Below are positions 1 to 9,197 of a stretch of DNA of 32,000 nt, piece by piece. This stretch comes from Erysipelotrichaceae bacterium. GTDB taxonomy: Bacteria > Bacillota_I > Bacilli_A > Erysipelotrichales > Erysipelotrichaceae. Under the pieces are notes generated by a model. That model saw only the letters and a list, made by a program, of their open reading frames with translations. It was not told the DNA's origin and did no database searches. Within the stretch, counting starts at the first letter, position 1; each line of letters starts with the position of its first letter. The DNA is taken from the NCBI GenBank assembly GCA_963676105.1, contig OY781039.1, positions 870,001 through 902,000 of the forward strand. The letters run 5' to 3'. Position numbers and translations under genes: made by a program.

Positions 1-56
1 AGTGGATTTAAGACAGTTTTTTTATACAATAATGCCAAATTTATCCTTCTAATGTA

Positions 57-85
57 TTTACAAATTTGAATTATGTTATTACAAT
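57..85 (+). promoter_or_regulatory. Candidate sigma-A promoter for the XRE regulator gene
   Basis: TTTACA (57-62), a 17-nt spacer, then TACAAT (80-85). The -10 lies inside the ORF-track extension that begins at 73, which argues for the ATG at 118 as the real start. Confidence 0.45.
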
Positions 86-117
86 TAATGCATAAATACC
101 GTGGGGGTAAGTCAGTC

Positions 118-366
118 ATGAGTTCAAACTCGAAAAAATCTAGTCCAATAAGCAAAGCTGAACTTTTAGAAATTCGTCAGAATTTTGGAACTAAAGTTAA
201 AAACTTTAGAAAAGCTAATCGCTTATCACAAGAAGATTTAGCTTTACGCTCTTCTTTACACAGAAATTATATTTCTGATACAGAAAGAGGTCGACGTAAT
301 ATCTCTTTTGATGCTTTATTTAAACTAGCGAGTGGACTTGGGGTTAATGTTCGGGATCTGTTCTAA
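118..366 (+). CDS. XRE-family helix-turn-helix transcriptional regulator (about 82 aa; the ORF track extends it to 73)
   Basis: Contains LSQEDLALRSSLHRNYISDTERGRRNISFDALFKLASGLGVNVRDLF, a typical HTH_3/XRE (Cro/CI-like) motif. The ATG at 118 is preceded by GGGGGTAAG, an SD-like sequence. Confidence 0.8.
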   Translation: MSSNSKKSSPISKAELLEIRQNFGTKVKNFRKANRLSQEDLALRSSLHRNYISDTERGRRNISFDALFKLASGLGVNVRDLF

Positions 367-376
367 ATGAATCAAG

Positions 377-397
377 AAGCGCTGAAATGCGCTTTTT
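377..397 (+). terminator. Weak rho-independent terminator after the XRE gene
   Basis: AAGCGC (377-382) pairs with GCGCTT (389-394) across a 6-nt loop, followed by a T-run to 397. The stem is only 6 bp. Confidence 0.35.
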
Positions 398-408
398 GAT
401 TGCTTGAG

Positions 409-417
409 TGTTATAAT
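409..417 (+). promoter_or_regulatory. Extended -10 promoter element upstream of the three-gene operon
   Basis: TGtTATAAT at 409-417. There is no SD between it and the ATG at 430. Confidence 0.4.
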
Positions 418-429
418 TGTTTATGACTT

Positions 430-666
430 ATGCGACTATTACAAAGCTTACTTGTTTTGATATTTTCAATCTTCTTATTAATGACCTTATGGCCAGTTTT
501 TGTATTTTTAGTGATTGTTTTTATTATATACTTTATTGTCATTAAAAATCGAATGACTCAAGCAATGAATGATATACATGAGATGAATCAAGATAGTAAA
601 CATGAAAGACCATCAGATCCTAATGTAATAGATGTTGAAGTCTTAGATGAACGAGAAGAAAAATAA
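430..666 (+). CDS. Small hypothetical membrane protein (78 aa)
   Basis: The N-terminal ~40 aa are strongly hydrophobic (LLVLIFSIFLLMTLWPVFVFLVIVFIIYFIVI), enough for 1-2 TM helices. The C-terminal tail is acidic. The TAA stop (664-666) directly abuts the next ATG at 667. Confidence 0.55.
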   Translation: MRLLQSLLVLIFSIFLLMTLWPVFVFLVIVFIIYFIVIKNRMTQAMNDIHEMNQDSKHERPSDPNVIDVEVLDEREEK

Positions 667-1572
667 ATGATTAATCAGCATTTAACTGAAGATTTTATAT
701 TAGTTAGTACAGATGATATTCAAAAGATCTGTGATTATATTCAAAAAGCCAAGTACACTGAAAGCAACCACAATGTGGTGAATATGTTTCAATGGTTTAA
801 TCAATTCCCTTTATGGCAATATCATACTGAAAACTATATGTTACTTTTAGGTATTCATAAGGGGCATTTATTCACCTATATGCCTTTATGTGAAGAGAAA
901 TACTTTAGAGAAGCGATGTTAAAAGCACGCAGTCTTTATAAGCAATTTAATATTCCTTTTGAATTATCGTGTTATACAGAAGAAAATAAGGATAAAGCCC
1001 TATCAATCTTTCCCCATATGCGAGCAAGTGCAGAGCGTGAAGCTGCTGATTATATTCATGAAGTTGAAAAGTTAAGAACATTAAGTGGTAAGAAACTTCA
1101 AAAGCGTCGTAATAACTACAATAACTTTATTAAAACGTATGAAAATCGATGGACTTATGAAGAATTGAGTTTGGATAATCTTCAAGAAGTTAAAAACTAC
1201 TTATATACCTGGAAGCGTGATATGACTGAAGAATATTTACGTTATGAAATTGAAGGAGCTGATAAAGTGCTCGATTTATTTGGTACCCTACCCTATAAAG
1301 GTGGTGTCATTCGTATTGATGGTGAAGTGAAAGCCTTTATTATTGTCTCTGCTTGTATTCCTAATATGATTCAAATCAATATTGAAAAAGCAGATCCAAG
1401 TATTCGTGGTTTATACCAAGCCATTGAAAAAGAATTTTTAATGAGACACTATCATGATGTCAAGTGGGCTAATCGAGAAGATGATATGGGAGATGAAAAT
1501 TTAAGACAGGCAAAACTTGCCTTAAAACCTGATCATATGATTGAAAAATATCGCATTAAGGAACAGTTATGA
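667..1572 (+). CDS. Standalone DUF2156 / LPG_synthase_C-like protein, homologous to the aminoacyl-tRNA-dependent C-terminal domain of MprF
   Basis: Family-typical motifs are present: LSGKKLQKRRNNYNNFIKTYE, IEKADPSIRGLYQAIEKEF and ANREDDMGDENLRQAKLALKPDHMIEKY. At 301 aa it has the usual length for soluble standalone members. Confidence 0.7.
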   Translation: MINQHLTEDFILVSTDDIQKICDYIQKAKYTESNHNVVNMFQWFNQFPLWQYHTENYMLLLGIHKGHLFTYMPLCEEKYFREAMLKARSLYKQFNIPFELSCYTEENKDKALSIFPHMRASAEREAADYIHEVEKLRTLSGKKLQKRRNNYNNFIKTYENRWTYEELSLDNLQEVKNYLYTWKRDMTEEYLRYEIEGADKVLDLFGTLPYKGGVIRIDGEVKAFIIVSACIPNMIQINIEKADPSIRGLYQAIEKEFLMRHYHDVKWANREDDMGDENLRQAKLALKPDHMIEKYRIKEQL

Positions 1573-2486
1573 TAATACGTAAAGCACAAGAAAAAGATAA
1601 AGAGAGAGTTGAAAAAGCCTGGCGAAGTATCTTTGCCCATGATGATCATGGTCATAGTGACTTTTATTTTAAGTATGCATATGATCCAACACAGTGTTTT
1701 TTATTAACAGATGATCATGATGAAATGATATCGGCTTGTCAGGTCCACGAAAAAACCTTGATGTTTGCCAGTAAACCTTTAAAAGTTTCATTCATTGTTG
1801 GCTTATTGACTTTGCCACAATATCGTAAACAGGGTTATATGAAAAAACTCTTAACTGAAGTCCTAGATATTCAAGAACATAAACATCACTTTACGCTTAT
1901 TCAAGCTTATGATCCGAGTTTATATTTAAAATATGGATTTGAACCGATTTATGATCGTGTGACTTATACCCTTGAAGCCGCTCAAGTACCTGTTATTTCA
2001 GCCAGTGGTATTACCTATCAAGTTAATCCACAAGACATGCTGAATCTATACAAATCATTTACAAAACACTTTGATGGCTATATCAGACGTGATTTAAATG
2101 ATTTTAAAAAACTACAATCTGAAATGCAAGCACAAGATGGCAAAGTCATTGGCTTTAGTTCAAATGGACAATTAGAAGCTTATGCCTGTGTTTTATTTGA
2201 AAATGGCAAAGTTATCTTTGATGAATTGGTGTATTTAAATGCGAACGCCTTATTAAAGTGTTTAAATGCGATGACATCGTTAAATAAAAGCATTGAAGTC
2301 AAGGTTTCACCAAAGGAAAACTTAAAGAAAATACTGGGGAATGCTGAAATTCAGAGCGATGTTTATACCTTTGTGAAAATTAATGATTTAAAGTTATTTA
2401 ATGAACTATTTAAGGCAAATGTTCATAATGCACAAGAAGCCTTTTTACTCACTGAAAAACCTTTATGGATTCGAGAAAATCAGTAA
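1569..2486 (+). CDS. Eis-like GNAT N-acetyltransferase with a C-terminal SCP2-like extension
   Basis: GNAT core is visible: IVGLLTLPQYRKQGYMKKLLTEVL ... YLKYGFEP. The 305-aa length fits the Eis/Acetyltransf_9 architecture. Its start overlaps the upstream stop as ATGA (1569-1572), and an AAGGAA SD-like sequence lies just upstream. Confidence 0.65.
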   Translation: MIIRKAQEKDKERVEKAWRSIFAHDDHGHSDFYFKYAYDPTQCFLLTDDHDEMISACQVHEKTLMFASKPLKVSFIVGLLTLPQYRKQGYMKKLLTEVLDIQEHKHHFTLIQAYDPSLYLKYGFEPIYDRVTYTLEAAQVPVISASGITYQVNPQDMLNLYKSFTKHFDGYIRRDLNDFKKLQSEMQAQDGKVIGFSSNGQLEAYACVLFENGKVIFDELVYLNANALLKCLNAMTSLNKSIEVKVSPKENLKKILGNAEIQSDVYTFVKINDLKLFNELFKANVHNAQEAFLLTEKPLWIRENQ

Positions 2487-2507
2487 GCGATATCATTTGT
2501 TAATAAA

Positions 2508-2536
2508 TTGACGCACACCCTTTTATCCCTTATAAT
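2508..2536 (+). promoter_or_regulatory. Strong sigma-A promoter of gap
   Basis: TTGACG (2508-2513), an exactly 17-nt spacer, then TATAAT (2531-2536). AGGAGG SD at 2549-2554, ATG at 2566. Confidence 0.7.
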
Positions 2537-2565
2537 AAGCATGCAATTAGGAGGAAAATTCAAAC

Positions 2566-3567
2566 ATGACAGCTAGAATTGCGATTAATGGATTTGGTCG
2601 TATTGGACGTTTAGCATTCCGTATTATGTGGGGCAATCCTGCATTCGAAATCGTTGCGCTCAATGACTTGACTGATGCTAAAACATTAGCACACTTATTA
2701 AAGTATGATACTTCACACGGTAAATTCAACGGTACAGTTGAAGCAACTGAAAATGGTATCCTTGTAGATGGTAAAGAAATTAAAATCTACGCAGAAAGAG
2801 ATCCTAAAGATCTTCCTTGGGGAGATTTAAAAGTTGATGCAGTTATCGAATCAACAGGTTTCTTCACATCAAAAGACAAAGCTTCTGCTCACATCGATGC
2901 AGGTGCTCGTTACGTTATTGTGTCTGCTCCTGCAGGTAATGATGTACCTACAGTAGTATTCAACACTAACCACGAAATTTTAGACGGTAAAGAACACGTT
3001 GTATCAGGTGCTTCTTGTACAACAAACTGCTTAGCTCCTATGGCTAAAGCATTGCATGATAACTTCAAAATCCTTAACGGACAAATGACAACTATCCATG
3101 CTTACACAAATGATCAAAACACATTAGATGCTCCACACAAAAAAGACTTACGTCGTGCACGTGCTGCAGCAGCTAACATTATCCCAGCATCAACTGGTGC
3201 TGCAAAAGCTATCGGTTTAGTTATTCCTGAACTAAATGGTATCTTAGATGGTCACGCTATGCGTGTTCCTGTAACAACTGGTTCAATCACTGAGCTTGTT
3301 GCAGTTGTAGAAAAAGAATGTACAGCGGAAGAAGTTAACGCAGCTATGAAAGCAGCAGTTACTGAATCTTATGGTTACAACACTGATCCTATCGTATCAA
3401 GCGATATCATTGGTATGACATACGGTTCATTATTCGATGCTACATTAACTAAAGTACAAAACGTTGGCGGTGCTTGCATCGTTAAAGTTGCTTCTTGGTA
3501 TGACAATGAAGCTTCATATACTAACCAATTAGTACGTACAGCTGAATTCTTATCATCAAAATTCTAA
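2566..3567 (+). CDS. gap: Type I glyceraldehyde-3-phosphate dehydrogenase
   Basis: N-terminal INGFGRIGR Rossmann motif and catalytic [12 protein letters not shown] motif. C-terminal WYDNE motif. Length 333 aa. GC content and codon bias are visibly higher than in neighbouring genes. Confidence 0.97.
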   Translation: MTARIAINGFGRIGRLAFRIMWGNPAFEIVALNDLTDAKTLAHLLKYDTSHGKFNGTVEATENGILVDGKEIKIYAERDPKDLPWGDLKVDAVIESTGFFTSKDKASAHIDAGARYVIVSAPAGNDVPTVVFNTNHEILDGKEHVVSGASCTTNCLAPMAKALHDNFKILNGQMTTIHAYTNDQNTLDAPHKKDLRRARAAAANIIPASTGAAKAIGLVIPELNGILDGHAMRVPVTTGSITELVAVVEKECTAEEVNAAMKAAVTESYGYNTDPIVSSDIIGMTYGSLFDATLTKVQNVGGACIVKVASWYDNEASYTNQLVRTAEFLSSKF

Positions 3568-3590
3568 GTTTAAATAAAACTTACAAACTA

Positions 3591-3619
3591 AGCTCCTCTT
3601 AATAAGGGGAGCTTTTTTA
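3591..3619 (+). terminator. Rho-independent terminator of gap
   Basis: AGCTCCTC (3591-3598) pairs with GGGGAGCT (3606-3613), with one G-U pair and a 7-nt loop. It is followed by TTTTTT (3614-3619). Confidence 0.8.
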
Positions 3620-3626
3620 ATGGATA

Positions 3627-4583
3627 TTAAGATTTAACAATTTCATACCAATTAGATGGAAATCCCATATGTTCCAAAAAAATTGATGACTCAACTGAAG
3701 TTATTTTATCTAAGACACTAATTTGCCTTTTTAATTCATTTGCCATTACACCAAATTCTCTTTTTGATAAAAGTACTTTTAAAATTATTATTACCGCAAA
3801 TAGATCACTCTTCCCTTTGGTGTATTTTTGTTTATATAAAGGTATATTTAAATTTTTATGGATTAGGTTATCTGGGATTTCATACCCTCTTTCAAGTTTT
3901 ACATTAAATAAACGTTCATCATGAGCACAAATATTTCGAATTACACCTAATACTTTTATATATTGATTTAATTCTTTATATGAAACATTAAATCTTTTTG
4001 CGACTTCTATACTCTCTTTTTGTTTCATTAATCCATAAAATTTACTGACTGTACCTAAAGTAAAAGTATTAATTAATACCCATAATGGAATATATCCATG
4101 TTCAACAAGATAATGTTTTATATAATCTTTTTTTAATGCTTGATTAGAAATAGTTTCTTGAATACTAGCAATCAAACTAGTTATACTATTAACTCTTTCC
4201 TCCACTTCTTTTTTTGGTGTACTTGTTTGAGATTTGTCATCAAAAGAATCTTTCTTTAGATAATTATCATGCCCATGTAATTTTGAAAATTCATATGCGA
4301 TTGAAGATTTAATTTGAGTTTCTAAAACAAGAATATTCTTAAGAATTCCTATTCTTAATTCCCTATCGAAATTATATAGTGTCAGTATTTCATCAAAATT
4401 TACATTGTCTTTGAAACTTTCTTCTGTTGTGTCTTCCTTTAAGAAGGGAATTTTATAACCATTAATTAATTTATAGTAGTTAATATTTTCTAAATGTCTT
4501 AAAGGTGTTCCATTTTTAGGTACATTTAATCCCCTTTTTCTTAATATTGACAATTGTTGTCGATATGTCTTAAAAGTTTTCAT
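3627..4583 (-). CDS. Abi_2 family (AbiD/AbiD1/AbiF-like) abortive-infection phage-resistance protein
   Basis: N-terminus KTFKTYRQQLSILRKRGLNVPKNGTPLRHLENINYYKLINGYKIPFL is the characteristic Abi_2 opening. A NICAHDERLFN motif lies downstream. The ATG at 4583 is preceded by GGGGGA. The ORF-track extension to 4637 reads through a terminator hairpin and is rejected. Confidence 0.8.
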   Translation of the reverse strand: MKTFKTYRQQLSILRKRGLNVPKNGTPLRHLENINYYKLINGYKIPFLKEDTTEESFKDNVNFDEILTLYNFDRELRIGILKNILVLETQIKSSIAYEFSKLHGHDNYLKKDSFDDKSQTSTPKKEVEERVNSITSLIASIQETISNQALKKDYIKHYLVEHGYIPLWVLINTFTLGTVSKFYGLMKQKESIEVAKRFNVSYKELNQYIKVLGVIRNICAHDERLFNVKLERGYEIPDNLIHKNLNIPLYKQKYTKGKSDLFAVIIILKVLLSKREFGVMANELKRQISVLDKITSVESSIFLEHMGFPSNWYEIVKS

Positions 4584-4593
4584 TATTTCCCCC

Positions 4594-4633
4594 AAATATA
4601 ATAAAGGCCTTGGTCCACACGGGATCCCAAGGC
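4594..4633 (-). terminator. Rho-independent terminator downstream of metH, also occupying the 5' leader region of the Abi gene
   Basis: On the minus strand GCCTTGG pairs with CCAAGGC (plus-strand 4607-4613 and 4627-4633) around a 13-nt GC-rich interior. It is followed by cTTTATTATATTT (plus-strand 4594-4606). Confidence 0.6.
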
Positions 4634-4650
4634 ACAATCTACATGATTAT

Positions 4651-4677
4651 GATATAACAATTAATTTCATTATTCAA
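4651..4677 (-). promoter_or_regulatory. Candidate promoter for the Abi gene, upstream of the hairpin
   Basis: Minus-strand TTGAAT (4677-4672), a 15-nt spacer, then TGtTATATC extended -10 (4659-4651). The spacer is suboptimal and the context is AT-rich, so support is weak. Confidence 0.25.
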
Positions 4678-4685
4678 GGTTTCTA

Positions 4686-7600
4686 CTATATTAAATGATT
4701 TAAATTCTTTCCCACTTTCACTTCATCAAATTGATTACGTTCAATATAATCATTTAACTGATCTGCATCAATTTTATTGATGTCAAAGTAGATTGATTGT
4801 TTTGATGCAAAGTATAGTCCACACTCAGATGCTTGTGGATACATCATGTAGTTTTCTGTTAAGTTAACTCCAATATCTTCACCATTTAGTAAATCAAAGA
4901 CTTTCGTTTTTTCAGAGTGATCTCTAAGACTTGGATAACCAATCGCTGGTCGAATACCTGTGTATTTAACTTGATGGATTTCTTCCATGCTTAGATTTTC
5001 ATCTTTAGCATAACCCCACAAATTCACTCTAACTTCTTTGTGTAAATATTCTGAATAAGCTTCAACTAAACGATCTGCTAATAACTTCAACATTAAAGCT
5101 GAGTAATCATCTTGTTTACTTTTAAAGATATCTGCATTCTTATCTGCATTTATGCCAGCTGTCACAATAAAGGCACCAATATAATCTTTGATATGTGATT
5201 CTTTAGGAGCGATATAATCAGCTAATGAGCGATAGGTATCATCCTTACGTTGTTCTTGTTGTCTAAGCATATTAAAGGTTGAAATGATAGTTCCCTTTTC
5301 ATCTAAGACTTCAATATCGTCGTTATTTGATTGTGCTTGATAAAATCCTATTACTCCATTGATTTGAAGTAGTTTTTCTTCTTTGATTTTAACTAAGAAT
5401 TTTTCTGCTTCTTGGATGAGTTTATCAGCTTCATCGGTATTTTGTTTTAAACCCCAAGCTCTTAAGAAATAGAGCCAGTTAACATATGGTAGTATACAAT
5501 CAATGTCAACATCCTTAAAGATTGTTTTACCCAATACATTTGGTTTTACAATATCTTCATTTTCCCAATTGATATTTGTTCCTTTTAATCTTGCTTCTTC
5601 AAGTGGAATAAAGGTTCTTTTAATGTTTTGTAGCTTATTAGCTAGAACTTTATAGTCTTCATAGACTTGTTGAGTAAACACTTCTTTAACTTTTGGATTC
5701 ATCACATTACGAGCAATTTCTACCCCTTGTGATGCATCTTCACTATAAAAGACACCATGTGCATAATATGGACCGATTTTAAGGGCTGTATGAGCTTTTG
5801 AAGTCGTTGCACCACCTAAGATAAGTGGAATGGTTAAATTGGCTTCAGTCATCGCTTTTGCGAGGTCTGACATCTCTTCTAAAGATGGTGTAATAAGTCC
5901 TGAGACCGCAATCATATCAGCTTTCTCTTTAATTGCTGTTTCAATAATGACTTCACTTGGTACCATAACCCCTAAATCAATGATTTCAAAGTTATTACAT
6001 GCTAATACGACAGATACGATATTCTTCCCAATATCATGGACATCACCTTTTACAGTTGCGAAAACAATTTTACCTGCAGATGTATTTGTACCCGTTGATT
6101 TTTCTTCTTCAATGAATGGTTCTAAATAAGCCACTGCTTTTTTCATAACCCGTGCAGATTTAACAACTTGTGGTAAAAACATTTTACCTGAGCCAAATAA
6201 AGTACCCACTTCATTCATACCATCCATCAGACAGCCTTCAATGACGTCCATGGATTGTTTTTGTTTAAGACGTACTAACTCTACATCTTCTTCAATGTTT
6301 TCAGTGATGCCTTTAATGAGCTTATGCTTAAGTCGTTTATAATCATCTTTTTCATAAACTTCTGTTTTCTTTTTGGAAACTGTTTCATCAGATTTGATGG
6401 TTTGGGCATATTCTAAAAGCGCTTCAGAAGCTTCTGGATATTTATCTAAGACAACATCTTCGACTTTTTTAAGTAAGTCTGGATCAATTTCATCATAGAT
6501 TTGAATGAGTCCAGGATTAACAATCCCCATATCCATTCCTGCTTTAATCGCATGGAAAAGGAAGACCGAGTGCATCGCTTCACGAATGATATTATTTCCT
6601 CTAAATGAGAAGGATAAATTAGATACCCCTCCTGATATATGGGCATGTGGTAAATGTTTTTTAATCCATTTCGCTGTTTCTATAAAATCTACGGCATAAT
6701 GATTATGTTCTTCTAGACCTGTCGCAATAGCTAAAATATTAGGATCAAAGATAATATCTTCTGCTGGGAAGTTTACTTCATTGACTAAGATTTTATAAGC
6801 TCGTTCACAGATTTCAATTCTTCTATTAAAACTATCAGCTTGTCCCACTTCATCAAACGCCATGACAACAACGGCTGCCCCAAATTGTTTAATGGTTTTG
6901 GCGTGTTCTATAAACTCTTCTTCACCATTTTTTAGTGAGATTGAATTAACAATACTTTTACCTTGAATGGATTTTAATCCTGCTAAGATGACATCAAACT
7001 TAGAACTATCAATCATGACAGGAACTTTAGATATTTCAGGTTCGGATGCGATCAGTTTTAAGAATATCTCCATTTCTTCTTTGGCATCGAGTAATCCATC
7101 ATCAAAGTTGATGTCGATGATTTGTGCTCCATCTTCAACTTGTTTTTTCGCAATATCTAAGGCTTCTTCATATTTCTTTTCACGAATTAAACGGGCAAAC
7201 TTTTTAGAACCCGCAACATTACAACGTTCACCAATGTTAACGAAGTTTAGTTCACTTGTCATTTCTAAATCTTCAAGACCTGCAAAGTGAGTATGTTTGT
7301 GTTCATGATTACAAACATGTGGTTTAAAATCTTTCACAGATTCTGATATGGCATGGATATGTTCATGGGTAGTCCCACAACAGCCTCCGACAATATTTAA
7401 TCTTCCCTCTTTTGCGAGGGGTAATATCTCTTTTGCCATATCTTCTGGTGTTTCATCATATTCACCTAAAGCATTAGGCAAACCAGCATTAGGGTGGAAA
7501 GAAATATATAAATTTTCATGTTTAGATAATTCTCTAACATAAGGTACTAAATCTTTTGGTCCAAAAGCACAGTTTAATCCAACTGAAAGAATACGATCAT

Positions 7601-8297
7601 GTTTAATGGTTTGTCTAAAAGCATCCAGTGTTTGACCACTTAGAATACGTCCACTCTTATCCGTAATCGTTCCAGAAATCATTAAAGGTATATCTAAGTT
7701 TTTAGCCGTTAATACTTCGTCACAGGCAATAATCGCAGCACGTGCATTTAAAGAATCAAAGATGGTTTCAATGAGAAGTAAATCAACTCCCCCATCAACT
7801 AAACCTTCAACTTGTGTTTTATAAGCATTCTTAAGCTCATCAAAAGTAATGTTACGAATACCTGGATTTTCAACATCTGGTGAAAGTGATGCAGTACGAT
7901 TGGTTGGGCCAATGGATCCTGCCACATATCTTGGTTTTGTTGGGTTTTTTAATGTATATTCATCAGCTACTTTTTTAGCGAGACTTGCACCTTCATAGTT
8001 GAGTTTATACACTAAAGCTTCAAGTCCATAATCCGCTTGAGAGATAGCGTTCGCATTAAAAGTGTTTGTTTCTAAAATATCAGCCCCAGCTTCTGCATAG
8101 GATTGATGGATTTCACTAATGATATGTGCTTTAGTGATATTTAAAAGATCATTGTTTCCCTTTTGTGGATACGATGATTCAATATCACCTTTATAATCTG
8201 ATTCTTGTAGATGATAGTTTTGAATGGCGGTTCCCATCGCTCCATCTAGAATCAATATTTTCTCTTTTATAATGTCTTTAATGTTCAATTTCTTCAT
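4686..8297 (-). CDS. metH: Cobalamin-dependent methionine synthase, full four-module MetH
   Basis: Hcy-binding module with the GGCCGTT zinc motif. Pterin-binding module ([18 protein letters not shown]). B12-binding DxHxxG motif ([11 protein letters not shown]). C-terminal AdoMet reactivation domain ([15 protein letters not shown]). Length 1203 aa. Confidence 0.95.
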   Translation of the reverse strand: MKKLNIKDIIKEKILILDGAMGTAIQNYHLQESDYKGDIESSYPQKGNNDLLNITKAHIISEIHQSYAEAGADILETNTFNANAISQADYGLEALVYKLNYEGASLAKKVADEYTLKNPTKPRYVAGSIGPTNRTASLSPDVENPGIRNITFDELKNAYKTQVEGLVDGGVDLLLIETIFDSLNARAAIIACDEVLTAKNLDIPLMISGTITDKSGRILSGQTLDAFRQTIKHDRILSVGLNCAFGPKDLVPYVRELSKHENLYISFHPNAGLPNALGEYDETPEDMAKEILPLAKEGRLNIVGGCCGTTHEHIHAISESVKDFKPHVCNHEHKHTHFAGLEDLEMTSELNFVNIGERCNVAGSKKFARLIREKKYEEALDIAKKQVEDGAQIIDINFDDGLLDAKEEMEIFLKLIASEPEISKVPVMIDSSKFDVILAGLKSIQGKSIVNSISLKNGEEEFIEHAKTIKQFGAAVVVMAFDEVGQADSFNRRIEICERAYKILVNEVNFPAEDIIFDPNILAIATGLEEHNHYAVDFIETAKWIKKHLPHAHISGGVSNLSFSFRGNNIIREAMHSVFLFHAIKAGMDMGIVNPGLIQIYDEIDPDLLKKVEDVVLDKYPEASEALLEYAQTIKSDETVSKKKTEVYEKDDYKRLKHKLIKGITENIEEDVELVRLKQKQSMDVIEGCLMDGMNEVGTLFGSGKMFLPQVVKSARVMKKAVAYLEPFIEEEKSTGTNTSAGKIVFATVKGDVHDIGKNIVSVVLACNNFEIIDLGVMVPSEVIIETAIKEKADMIAVSGLITPSLEEMSDLAKAMTEANLTIPLILGGATTSKAHTALKIGPYYAHGVFYSEDASQGVEIARNVMNPKVKEVFTQQVYEDYKVLANKLQNIKRTFIPLEEARLKGTNINWENEDIVKPNVLGKTIFKDVDIDCILPYVNWLYFLRAWGLKQNTDEADKLIQEAEKFLVKIKEEKLLQINGVIGFYQAQSNNDDIEVLDEKGTIISTFNMLRQQEQRKDDTYRSLADYIAPKESHIKDYIGAFIVTAGINADKNADIFKSKQDDYSALMLKLLADRLVEAYSEYLHKEVRVNLWGYAKDENLSMEEIHQVKYTGIRPAIGYPSLRDHSEKTKVFDLLNGEDIGVNLTENYMMYPQASECGLYFASKQSIYFDINKIDADQLNDYIERNQFDEVKVGKNLNHLI

Positions 8298-8342
8298 ATC
8301 GTGTTCTATTATAATCTAAAACACTTATGTATAATAGGGTGT

Positions 8343-9197
8343 ATGAAATTAAACACACTCTGGAATGATAAAACTTGGACTTTTTCAGTTGAAGTTTTCC
8401 CACCTAAAAAAGATATTAGTGATTTAAGCAGTATTGAACATACCATCAAAGAACTTTTTGAATTAAACCCTGATTTTATTTCAGTGACTTATGGAGCTGG
8501 TGGTTCTACTAACAAAAATTCTTTAGGTTTAACAAAATTTATTAAAGACGCTGGGATTGAGCCTTTAGCTCATTTAACCTGTGCTAATGAATCCAAAGAA
8601 ACCATTGATGCATATTGCGAACAATTAAAAGCAGCCAAAATTGAAAACATTATGGCTTTACGAGGTGATAACTTTAATCCTGATTTACCAAATGATTTTA
8701 ATCATGCCAATGAATTAATGAAACACATCATTTCTAAGCATGACTTTATGTGTGCAGGTGCATTCTACCCTGAAATGCACACTGAATCTAAATGGATATC
8801 TGATGATATTGATGCTTATCTTTATAAACAAGAGGCAGGAGCTCAGTTTTTAGTCTCTCAACTCTTCTTTGATAATGAGAAATTCTATACAATGGTCAAT
8901 AATGCTCGTAAACGAGGTGTAAATATTCCTATCCTTGCAGGTATTATGCCTATCACAAATGCGAACTCTTTTGTCCGTATACGACAAATGACAGGTGCGG
9001 CAGTTCCTGAATCCTTACTTACCATGGTAGAGATGTATAAAAATGATGAAAAATCGATGTTTGAATTAGGGGTAAGTTTTGCGGCTATGCAGATTATGGA
9101 TTTAGTAGCCCATGGGGTTAATGGTATACACTTATATACGATGAATAAGCCTGAAGTTGCAAAAGCAATCTATGAAAGAATAAAGGTGCTTAGATAA
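8343..9197 (+). CDS. metF: 5,10-methylenetetrahydrofolate reductase
   Basis: Contains FSVEVFPPKK, ISVTYGAGGST, AHLTCAN and MALRGD motifs. The ATG at 8343 is preferred to the ORF-track GTG at 8301. Its TAA stop overlaps the luxS ATG by 1 nt (TAATG at 9195-9199). Confidence 0.88.
   Translation: MKLNTLWNDKTWTFSVEVFPPKKDISDLSSIEHTIKELFELNPDFISVTYGAGGSTNKNSLGLTKFIKDAGIEPLAHLTCANESKETIDAYCEQLKAAKIENIMALRGDNFNPDLPNDFNHANELMKHIISKHDFMCAGAFYPEMHTESKWISDDIDAYLYKQEAGAQFLVSQLFFDNEKFYTMVNNARKRGVNIPILAGIMPITNANSFVRIRQMTGAAVPESLLTMVEMYKNDEKSMFELGVSFAAMQIMDLVAHGVNGIHLYTMNKPEVAKAIYERIKVLR

Noticed and set aside
73-117. N-terminal extension of the XRE ORF (MLLQLMHKYRGGKSV)
   Set aside because: A good TTTACA-17-TACAAT promoter lies inside and upstream of it, and the ATG at 118 has a GGGGG SD. 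The extension is probably untranslated.
423-545. Alternative 40-aa ORF starting at ATG 423, in another frame and overlapping the small membrane protein gene
   Set aside because: It has no recognisable features and overlaps the longer hydrophobic ORF that is coupled to the downstream gene. It cannot be excluded if the mRNA is leaderless, but nothing supports it.
1569-2486. GNAT as a TacT/AtaT-type toxin, with the XRE protein as its antitoxin
   Set aside because: GNAT toxins are about 160-180 aa and sit directly next to a small RHH/DUF1778 antitoxin. This protein is a 305-aa Eis-type enzyme separated from the XRE gene by two other genes.
2547-2729. 60-aa minus-strand ORF overlapping the gap start
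   Set aside because: It is antisense to a confidently identified, highly expressed gene and covers that gene's SD. This looks like a spurious ORF.
4584-4637. ORF-track N-terminal extension of the Abi protein (MCLGIPCGPRPLLYLGEI)
   Set aside because: It is simply the translation of the GC-rich terminator hairpin. The ATG at 4583 has a strong SD and matches the usual Abi_2 N-terminus.
3621-4678. Imperfect direct repeats flanking the Abi gene (GATAT..TAACAATT..TTCAT at about 3624-3647 and 4651-4672), as a possible insertion scar
   Set aside because: The match needs two indels, the sequence is AT-rich and low in complexity, and the left copy lies inside the Abi coding sequence. It is not distinguishable from chance by eye.
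5830-7542. Five small ORFs (64-107 aa) inside metH: four on the opposite strand (5830-6129, 6505-6699, 6967-7290, 7348-7542) and one same-strand, out-of-frame (6446-6646)
   Set aside because: All are embedded in a fully intact 1203-aa MetH reading frame, and their low-complexity translations are typical of spurious antisense or off-frame ORFs.
8301-8342. GTG-initiated extension of metF ([14 protein letters not shown])
   Set aside because: It would begin 3 nt from the metH start and cover both -10 boxes. The MetF homology begins after the ATG at 8343.
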